A stretch of DNA of 64,000 nucleotides, from positions 32,001 through 96,000 of the IMG/VR virus record IMGVR_UViG_3300030101_003608. One strand, 5' to 3'. A program made the position numbers and the translations under genes. The stretch is from a virus. Shown one piece after another: positions 57,939-64,000 of this stretch; the stretch's first letter is position 1; each line of letters opens with the position of its first letter. The notes below the pieces were generated by a model. The model was not told the origin of the DNA, ran no database searches, and saw only the letters and a list, made by a program, of their open reading frames with translations.

Positions 57939-58661
57939 TTAATTTAAAAGATTTATATGACCTATGATTTGCTTTTTATTACCCATTACATCACTATATA
58001 CTACGACATATACATATGCTCCGCTTAAACTATTACCCGACCAGCCCTCTTCTAAGCTGTATGTTTCAAAAACTATATTGTTCCATCTATCATAAATAAC
58101 CCAATGAAAATCTACTATTCCGTTTCCTATAGCTTTAATTACATCATTAGAGTTATCATCATTTGGTGTAAAAGCATTAGGTATGTACAGAGACACATCA
58201 CATTCTATACCCATCTTAATATACCCACTATAAACTTTGTAAGGTACATTACCCCCGCATACACTAGATGAAAGAACAGACATGTCTAGATCTAACTCAT
58301 CACAACTTTCTTTTGTAACAGCTTGTACACAAAATGAACGTATGCAAGATCCAGTAAAATCCCAATCACCAGGAAAGAAACTAAAATACCACCCATTATC
58401 TAACCAGACCCAGTCACCCTCTGTAGTAACAGAACAATTAGTAGGAGTATCTATAGGCATGATAGTATCCCATCCAGATCCTGGGATAACCACCATAGAC
58501 TGAAGCATGCACTCATGACCCCCGAACCAATCAGCTATCTCATAACACAAAGTAACAGTATCCCCAGAGTAATAATACTCAGAATAAGGATCTACAGAAC
58601 TACTCTCTGTTTGACCAAAGCAAGTTAAAGGCACAATAAGCAGTAAGAGTCTTAGCAACAT
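57939..58661 (-). CDS. Secreted protein with a T9SS type B (gliding-motility-associated, CHU_C) C-terminal sorting domain, 240 aa
   Basis: Signal peptide MLLRLLLLIVPLTCFG|Q; YIPNAFTPNDDNSND...IYDRWNNIVFE...GW.G...GAYVYVV...G.I.L. Confidence 0.88.
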   Translation of the reverse strand: MLLRLLLLIVPLTCFGQTESSSVDPYSEYYYSGDTVTLCYEIADWFGGHECMLQSMVVIPGSGWDTIMPIDTPTNCSVTTEGDWVWLDNGWYFSFFPGDWDFTGSCIRSFCVQAVTKESCDELDLDMSVLSSSVCGGNVPYKVYSGYIKMGIECDVSLYIPNAFTPNDDNSNDVIKAIGNGIVDFHWVIYDRWNNIVFETYSLEEGWSGNSLSGAYVYVVVYSDVMGNKKQIIGHINLLN

Positions 58662-58855
58662 ACCTAAATATAAGAATTTTCCCCTTAAGGAAAAAATACC
58701 ATGTTAGAGGTTGTAGTGGATCCTATGCTGCAGCACCCCACCCCTCAACAGCTTTGGTGCACACCCCCTATGTTTTTAAAACAAAAAACATTTTTTTGCA
58801 AAAAGAATTCCTAATTTTTTTGACTGCTGAATGTTTGCTATGCCTACTACCTATC

Positions 58856-58879
58856 CTAGCCTATAACTTGAATTGAATT
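58856..58879 (+). promoter_or_regulatory. Early promoter-like repeat 1 (CTAGCC TATAACTTG AATTGAATT)
   Basis: Conserved motif 40 nt before ATG 58896. Confidence 0.75.
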
Positions 58880-58895
58880 AATAAATTAAAGTACT

Positions 58896-59078
58896 ATGAA
58901 ATATAATTGGAAGAAACATGTCAGAGATTCATCAAAGAAGAATTCTAACAAAAGATTGTGTAAGATGATTAATCAAAGATTAAGTCATTTAAGATGTTAT
59001 GAGAATCAATTCTTAACTCAACAAAATGCTGAGTTGAAGGAATTGCTTAGTGATGTTGAACTAAAACTGAGGGAGTAA
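58896..59078 (+). CDS. Early hypothetical protein, 60 aa
   Basis: Own promoter motif and terminator. Confidence 0.75.
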   Translation: MKYNWKKHVRDSSKKNSNKRLCKMINQRLSHLRCYENQFLTQQNAELKELLSDVELKLRE

Positions 59079-59091
59079 ATCCCTCTTTTTT
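59069..59091 (+). terminator. Intrinsic terminator
   Basis: GAGGGA-GTAAA-TCCCTC-T6; stop codon in the loop. Confidence 0.85.
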
Positions 59092-59097
59092 ATTTCC

Positions 59098-59121
59098 CTA
59101 GCCTTTAACTTATATTGAATT
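59098..59121 (+). promoter_or_regulatory. Early promoter-like repeat 2 (CTAGCC TTTAACTTA TATTGAATT)
   Basis: 39 nt before ATG 59137. Confidence 0.75.
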
Positions 59122-59136
59122 ATAAATAATTACAAT

Positions 59137-59340
59137 ATGAAAGTTATACCACATAATGCTTTATACTTTATTATAAATAAAAGAACTATAAAGCTATTAT
59201 CTCTATGCCAAGTATCTTGGTTCTATGCTTACCGCAATTATGAAGAGTTTAAATATGGCTACAAACATATATGTGTTGTAGACCAACCCTTCATTAACAC
59301 GTTTAACATTGTTAAACAGAAATATCTTAAAGAACAATAA
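59137..59340 (+). CDS. Early hypothetical protein, 67 aa
   Basis: Cassette structure. Confidence 0.7.
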   Translation: MKVIPHNALYFIINKRTIKLLSLCQVSWFYAYRNYEEFKYGYKHICVVDQPFINTFNIVKQKYLKEQ

Positions 59341-59363
59341 AGAGGTTTACACCTCTTTTTTTT
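59339..59363 (+). terminator. Intrinsic terminator
   Basis: AGAGGT-TTAC-ACCTCT followed by a T-run. Confidence 0.85.
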
Positions 59364-59367
59364 CTTC

Positions 59368-59391
59368 CTAGCCCTTAAATTATATTGAATT
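59368..59391 (+). promoter_or_regulatory. Early promoter-like repeat 3 (CTAGCC CTTAAATTA TATTGAATT)
   Basis: 38 nt before ATG 59406. Confidence 0.75.
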
Positions 59392-59405
59392 AAAAATTAA
59401 ATATT

Positions 59406-59771
59406 ATGAAAACAATTACATTACTTATTTTCAAACTCCTACTAGATGCAGGAGTTGTTGTCCCAATGAATCAAACAAATGATGGTAGAGAACTCTACAC
59501 ATTATTCCCAAATGCAAACTCAGTTGCCTTTGAAGGCATAGGGCTAACCATCATTGATGCCCAAGAAGAGGGCACATACAATGATGCTGATGAATCATTA
59601 GCCTTTCTATACCTTGATGAATCAATGCGTCTGCAAGAACTACCTACTGATGATACCAGTAGAGCAGTTATGTTTGACCATTGTTACAAGGGAGAAATAC
59701 TAAACTGGATTCAAACACTAGAATTCTCATACAATGAGAAATTCCCTGATGAACCAGTAAAGGCTGAATAA
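59406..59771 (+). CDS. Early acidic hypothetical protein, 121 aa
   Basis: Cassette structure. Confidence 0.75.
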   Translation: MKTITLLIFKLLLDAGVVVPMNQTNDGRELYTLFPNANSVAFEGIGLTIIDAQEEGTYNDADESLAFLYLDESMRLQELPTDDTSRAVMFDHCYKGEILNWIQTLEFSYNEKFPDEPVKAE

Positions 59772-59780
59772 GCCTTTTTT
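59759..59780 (+). terminator. Intrinsic terminator
   Basis: AAGGCT-GAATA-AGCCTT followed by a T-run. Confidence 0.85.
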
Positions 59781-59786
59781 CTTTCC

Positions 59787-59810
59787 CTAGCCCAAATATT
59801 ATAATGAATT
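59787..59810 (+). promoter_or_regulatory. Early promoter-like repeat 4 (CTAGCC CAAATATTA TAATGAATT)
   Basis: 38 nt before ATG 59825. Confidence 0.72.
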
Positions 59811-59824
59811 TAAATTAATTAATT

Positions 59825-59956
59825 ATGAAGCATCTACAACAATATGTGCAAGCACTAATTATTGCACATGGAAAGCCTGTTAGATTACCTAACAGACAAT
59901 TGACCATTGGCCAAGCCAATTTGACTAAAGTCAAGAAGAAAAAGAAAAGGGATTAA
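59825..59956 (+). CDS. Early basic peptide, 43 aa (MKHLQQYVQALIIAHGKPVRLPNRQLTIGQANLTKVKKKKKRD; missing from track)
   Basis: Between repeat 4 and a terminator, same spacing as the other cassettes. Confidence 0.75.
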   Translation: MKHLQQYVQALIIAHGKPVRLPNRQLTIGQANLTKVKKKKKRD

Positions 59957-59968
59957 ACCCTTTTTTTT
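59945..59968 (+). terminator. Intrinsic terminator
   Basis: AAAAGGG-ATTAAA-CCCTTTT followed by a T-run. Confidence 0.75.
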
Positions 59969-60008
59969 CTTTACCCTTCTTTGTCTTCGCAGCTAAAGCT
60001 GCTCAGAC

Positions 60009-60032
60009 CTAGCCTTAATATTGTATTGCAAT
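60009..60032 (+). promoter_or_regulatory. Early promoter-like repeat 5 (CTAGCC TTAATATTG TATTGCAAT)
   Basis: Upstream of GTG 60063; overlaps a perfect palindrome. Confidence 0.65.
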
Positions 60033-60062
60033 ATTGCAATATAACCACTTAAATCTAAAATT

Positions 60063-60608
60063 GTGGAAAATCCAAATTTAACATTTTATGCTACGTTTTA
60101 CAAAACTACCATAACAGGTAAGCATCTCTTCAAAGTTCACGGAACTGATGAAGAAATTAACTCTTATGTTGAACATCTCAAAAAGAGAGGTGCAACAAAG
60201 ATTTCATATTTAACCCAAAGTGACCAAAAGACACTTGTGTTAAATGAGAATGGACAAAAAGTTCCTTTGCACTTTTCACAGGATAAACCTGTTTCAAAGT
60301 TGCTAAATGAACGTTACCCTATGGTTACCACCCAAACAGGTGTTAACAAGGGGTCCATTAATCCTGACCTTAGATTAATCAAATTCGTTAATGATGCCAT
60401 TAAAGAATATGGACCATCTAACTTAGACTTCTGCATATCAGAAGCAAGAACAAGTCTTGCTCATGCTATTGCACAAGACTATCAGGATACTGAAGAGTCT
60501 TCTCCTTCCCAAGAAGAAGAATCTCCAGTTACTGAAGAATCTACTGTTGATACTAAAAGTATCATCAATAAGATTGCTTCAGGTACAAAGAAGAAGAGCA
60601 AGTCTTAA
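60063..60608 (+). CDS. Early hypothetical protein, 181 aa
   Basis: GTG start; acidic repeat and basic C-tail. Confidence 0.75.
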   Translation: MENPNLTFYATFYKTTITGKHLFKVHGTDEEINSYVEHLKKRGATKISYLTQSDQKTLVLNENGQKVPLHFSQDKPVSKLLNERYPMVTTQTGVNKGSINPDLRLIKFVNDAIKEYGPSNLDFCISEARTSLAHAIAQDYQDTEESSPSQEEESPVTEESTVDTKSIINKIASGTKKKSKS

Positions 60609-60619
60609 TCTTTGTGAAT

Positions 60620-60656
60620 CAACAAGGGATCATAGATCCTTTGTTGTTTCTTTTTT
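60620..60656 (+). terminator. Intrinsic terminator
   Basis: CAACAAGGGATC-ATA-GATCCTTTGTTG followed by a T-rich tail. Confidence 0.8.
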
Positions 60657-60675
60657 CTTTAAAACCCTCTTTTTG

Positions 60676-60698
60676 CTAGCCATCAACTTACGTTGATG
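60676..60698 (+). promoter_or_regulatory. Early promoter-like repeat 6 (CTAGCC ATCAACTTA CGTTGATG), no downstream gene
   Basis: Same register as repeats 1-5, directly after a terminator. Confidence 0.55.
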
Positions 60699-61138
60699 TC
60701 ATTTTGCAATACCAAAACCACAGCCAAAAGTGGATTGCAAATTTTATTTGGCTTGCTTTTTAACTAAAAGCAAAGACATCAGCACAAATAGTTGCAAAAC
60801 TGAAAACTGAAAGCTAGTTATCAATGTTTTGTAATTGTTTTGCGGAAATACTTGTGTGTTTTAATCTTTATAAGATAGTACAACATATACCTATATCATT
60901 GGTTGTAAGTATAAATTATTATTTCTCTATAGTATATAGTATATATAATATTTTATATAGCTAACTTTGTTGTAAAACAGATGTTAGTTTACCTTATACA
61001 GTATTAGTACTCTCTCTATATAGAGGAAGAGCATATGAGTTTCCCGATTTAATTAATAAGGTTAATCCATTAAGGGATTATTAAATGATATCCGTATGTG
61101 AAGATGCCTTATTATTATATTACTGCTTAAGTAGGCGT

Positions 61139-61545
61139 TGGTAGGTCTCGCAGGGTTGATCACCTAAATTCTACCACTAAAGACATAGGAAGTTCCTTTA
61201 TACTATAACAGACAAAAGAATTACTTCCCGTCTTTATTACACCAAAAAATGGTATCCTAGGGAAAGACCTGGGTTGAGGTAGCGCCTCTGGATGGTGGAT
61301 TAAAACCAAAGTGTCAGTTCCTGTTTTAAACCTAAAACAGAGAAGAGATGCTATTGTACAGAGTTTGAAAGTAAATCAGACAATTATACTGACCGTCTTA
61401 CTGTGGTCTCTGTTGTGATAGTGTGTCGTGGGAGTTAAATGGCTGAAAATCCCGTTTTAGAGTAGGCCGAGAGTAGAGAAGATATAAAGTGTTCCTTTTA
61501 CACAACTAAAAGATATTACACTTCATCTTCTTTACTCTTATTTTT
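61139..61545 (+). ncRNA. Candidate large structured ncRNA (unclassified)
   Basis: No ORF >=60 aa; higher GC than flanks; many nested stems (see findings). Confidence 0.45.
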
Positions 61546-61569
61546 TCACTTATTAATACTTATTGAATT

Positions 61570-63369
61570 ATGGCAAATTTTGCTGAACTTCGTTTATTTG
61601 GTCAAGCACTGAGAAAGACCAATGCTTCTGACACAGTTAACTCTGTACTTGTTAGAACTTGTGCATCTAAAGGATATGTTATGCGTATTGGATGTGATCC
61701 TGAAAGAGTAATGTCTTATATGCAGTCGTTACCAAACAATTATAATTCTACTTTCTATAAATCATTTAATGATGTTATTAATAGAAGTGAAGAAGCATGG
61801 TGGGTAGACCAGTGTATGCATTATGCATCTACATATGGTACAGGTCATACAGATACACCTTATGTTCCTAATAATAATCCTAGTCTAATTAACTTTTCTG
61901 AATGTAAGGTTATTGATCCTATTACAATGGAAGAGCTTCATGATAAAATCCAAAATATGGCAGATTCAGGTATTGCTCTTAAGAATGATACTCTGAATGA
62001 TATCTTCGAGTTAATTGAAGAGTTTGATATGTCATTTTGGACTGATAATATTAAGAACCGTGAGTTCTTGATTAGATATCATATTGCAAAAGGTATACCT
62101 TTTAAGAATGTAATTGAATCATTACAAGCTATTAACTTTATCATTACTGGTAGCACTTGTATTGTTAAAAGTCATGATGCAATGAATGCGTATAGTTGTT
62201 CTAGTTCTTGGGATAGGTTTTCTAATATCAAGGCATGTTTTTATTCACATTCTTTAGAAGAATGGGCAAGTATCTTCAATAGATATAAGCCCTTGTTTCT
62301 TGCTTTGAGAAATAGTGAGTTGAGACCTATGATTAACAAGATATCTAAGTTATCTAAGAAACATCACGTTCCTACTGTTATGCCTATGAGTACAAAGTTC
62401 TTGACTCCTGAATATGTTAACAATGATAAGTTAACTTTTCAGTCAAGACTTTGGTTACGTAAGTATGAGGATAGATCTTTATTTGAACTTGTAAAGTATT
62501 ACAATGCTATACAAAAAAGAAGAACAGGAAAGTTTATTGATACAATTAATATCAGAAATGGTAAAAGTTGGGTTAAAAAGAGTTCTTGGGAGCTTAATGA
62601 AGATAACTTGGATAAACTTAACAGTCAGGTTAGACGTTCAATATCTCATAAGATGAGAGAGAAATTACAAGGTAAAACTTTAAATCTCCCTTCTGGCTTA
62701 GGCATTACTCTTCCTACATCAGAAAAGAATTTCATTGGTACATTACCTATTGGTTCTTATATTGATGTTATGCCTCAAGATAATCTCATTGTTGGGATTT
62801 ATTGGAAAGGTGAGGATGGTGCAAGCGATCTTGACTTGTCATTTACTGATATAGATGGTAAAACTATCTCTTGGTGTAATTCATACACTGATGCGGGTAA
62901 TAACATTGTCTATTCAGGTGATATGACATCTGCTGATCCTGAAGCTTCAGAGTATTTATTGTTCCGTAATGATATGCCTAATGGTATATTTATGTGTAAC
63001 AATTATTCTGGTGCATCAGAAGCAAAGTATACATTTATTGTTGCTAGACTTCCTGAAGGTGAGAGTTTTAATACAAATCATATGGTACATCCAGATGATA
63101 TTATATTTCAAACTCCTATGGTTATGAGAAGTAATCAAATGTCTATGGCTATCCATATTGGTAGTAGATTTATCTTTACTGATAGAGCTATTGGCAATGG
63201 TAGAGTTGCTAGAGCAGGTGTTACTACTCGTGACCTAATTCAGAGTCAAATTGAGATGGCAGATATGTCATTGACATTGAATGAATTTATAGATCATACT
63301 GAACTTGATGGTGAAGTAGTAGATCTAACTACTGATGACAAGTCAGCTTTAATTAGCTTATTGTCATAA
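61570..63369 (+). CDS. Helical-domain + TerD-like stress-response-family protein, 599 aa
   Basis: NSTFYKSF, QCMHYASTYG, PTSEKNFIG.LPIGS, GIYW...DLDLS...ISW...YSGDMTSA...ASEYL; DLDLS/SGD are TerD-type motifs. Confidence 0.55.
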   Translation: MANFAELRLFGQALRKTNASDTVNSVLVRTCASKGYVMRIGCDPERVMSYMQSLPNNYNSTFYKSFNDVINRSEEAWWVDQCMHYASTYGTGHTDTPYVPNNNPSLINFSECKVIDPITMEELHDKIQNMADSGIALKNDTLNDIFELIEEFDMSFWTDNIKNREFLIRYHIAKGIPFKNVIESLQAINFIITGSTCIVKSHDAMNAYSCSSSWDRFSNIKACFYSHSLEEWASIFNRYKPLFLALRNSELRPMINKISKLSKKHHVPTVMPMSTKFLTPEYVNNDKLTFQSRLWLRKYEDRSLFELVKYYNAIQKRRTGKFIDTINIRNGKSWVKKSSWELNEDNLDKLNSQVRRSISHKMREKLQGKTLNLPSGLGITLPTSEKNFIGTLPIGSYIDVMPQDNLIVGIYWKGEDGASDLDLSFTDIDGKTISWCNSYTDAGNNIVYSGDMTSADPEASEYLLFRNDMPNGIFMCNNYSGASEAKYTFIVARLPEGESFNTNHMVHPDDIIFQTPMVMRSNQMSMAIHIGSRFIFTDRAIGNGRVARAGVTTRDLIQSQIEMADMSLTLNEFIDHTELDGEVVDLTTDDKSALISLLS

Positions 63370-63376
63370 GACTACT

Positions 63377-63404
63377 GAGCAGGATGTAAAAGTCCTGCTC
63401 TTTT
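63377..63404 (+). terminator. Intrinsic terminator
   Basis: GAGCAGGAT-GTAAAA-GTCCTGCTC-TTTT. Confidence 0.8.
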
Positions 63405-63432
63405 AAACATAAACAATTTAAATTTTATTTAG

Positions 63433-63567
63433 ATGCAAGAAACAACTGTATATTACATATACATTAAAAATGGAAAGGAGTACTTTACTCCAAATCAAGA
63501 TGTTGCTCATAAAAGAGCAGATGAAGGCACAGAAATTAAATTAAAAACAATTAGAAATATTATTTAA
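63433..63567 (+). CDS. Small hypothetical protein, 44 aa (missing from track)
   Basis: MQETTVYYIYIKNGKEYFTPNQDVAHKRADEGTEIKLKTIRNII. Confidence 0.65.
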   Translation: MQETTVYYIYIKNGKEYFTPNQDVAHKRADEGTEIKLKTIRNII

Positions 63568-63579
63568 TACTAAAACGTT

Positions 63580-63780
63580 ATGATTGAAAATATGATTGAA
63601 GAAATTCAAGATTTACACTTAGCTGTACATCAAGAAGAATTACAAAAAGAGCAAATAACTGAAAGATATAACTGCAGACTTACTGTACTAAATTTAAAAG
63701 CAATTAGAAATAGATTGGTTTTATTACATCAGAGAATGATGATTCCACAGTATGGTTTTGCTAATTTTGATGAGTTATGA
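63580..63780 (+). CDS. Hypothetical protein, 66 aa
   Basis: ORF track. Confidence 0.65.
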   Translation: MIENMIEEIQDLHLAVHQEELQKEQITERYNCRLTVLNLKAIRNRLVLLHQRMMIPQYGFANFDEL

Positions 63781-63950
63781 AAAAGAGAAGTTTAAAAACA
63801 GACCTATTTGTAGTAGGATTAGGGTTTACTTATATACTATGTGTACTAATTTTTTTATTAGTCAGTAGTTGTAAATCCGCATCATCTTGTGAAGCATATG
63901 GTCAAAATAATATGAATCATGGGAACATATCAGAAAATAAAACAAGCTAA
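63777..63950 (+). CDS. Small lipoprotein, 57 aa (missing from track)
   Basis: Basic N-terminus, hydrophobic core, VSSC lipobox, then SSCEAYG; ATGA overlap with the previous stop. Confidence 0.65.
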   Translation: MKKRSLKTDLFVVGLGFTYILCVLIFLLVSSCKSASSCEAYGQNNMNHGNISENKTS

Positions 63951-64000
63951 AGCAGATATTACAAGACTAGAAGAAGAACTTGATCAGTCCGCATATTGGG
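63919..64000 (+). CDS. Start of a hypothetical protein (runs off the window)
   Basis: MGTYQKIKQAKADITRLEEELDQSAYW... Confidence 0.5.
   Translation, partial: MGTYQKIKQAKADITRLEEELDQSAYW

Larger units (their letters stand above)
3027..58673 (-). promoter_or_regulatory. Recurrent minus-strand promoter motif (T-run)-GTATATTWN, at least 13 copies
   Basis: Intergenic copies at ~3027, 8977, 24765, 24802, 28115, 33224, 33234, 34251, 40253, 48212, 50093, 56377, 57925, 58665; those at 24802, 48212 and 57925 are the exact Bacteroidota -7 element TAnnTTTG. Confidence 0.75.

Noticed and set aside
3867-58503. About 25 short plus-strand ORFs in the track (e.g. 21950-22522, 34656-35063, 29349-29627)
   Set aside because: Antisense shadows of long minus-strand genes, with mostly non-ATG starts and F/L/S-rich composition
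58856-60698. CRISPR array or integron interpretation of the repeated CTAGCC motif
   Set aside because: Repeats are degenerate and separated by whole genes of 240-670 bp; no cas or integrase gene and no attC-like structure
60700-61560. tRNA, tmRNA or group I/II intron in the non-coding region
   Set aside because: No cloverleaf with GTTCRA, no tmRNA termini, no recognisable intron core or domain V by eye
1-64000. Stop-codon reassignment as in some crAss-like phages
   Set aside because: Terminase, portal, MCP and the giant genes are intact and tightly packed under the standard code

Overview
AT-rich window from a large lytic podovirus-type phage of Bacteroidota, Crassvirales/phi14:2-like by gene order (inferred, no database search run), read in the standard genetic code. 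Positions 1-58661 form one minus-strand late/structural block. Read right to left it encodes a T9SS-sorted protein, GroES-like and DUF3310-like proteins, accessory fibre and DUF285 proteins, a metallophosphoesterase, a lysis cassette (u-spanin-like, holin-like, Amidase_3), HU-like, Zn-finger and PD-(D/E)XK genes, terminase, portal, scaffold-like protein and major capsid protein. These are followed by eight small Lys/Arg-rich proteins, ring, auxiliary-capsid and Cys-rich fibre proteins, a tail muzzle, and five very large putative injected cargo proteins, the last running off the left edge. After a C-rich strand switch (~58720-58850) the plus strand carries promoter-gene-terminator cassettes sharing a CTAGCC-N-TTGAATT motif, a ~950-bp structured non-coding region, a TerD-like gene and small ORFs. 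Best candidate new system: a [hydrophobic]-x-x-G-G / LPKAQxG signal plus a repeated D-L-[ST]-x6-Y-x-x-GGY-x-LEE module. The GG signal is shared between the giant cargo proteins and the small basic proteins, and one cargo protein carries an HExxH zincin. This suggests a double-glycine polyprotein processing or capsid-loading system. Other highlights are the early cassette array whose sixth promoter fires into non-coding structured DNA, and a phage-encoded type IX secretion substrate.
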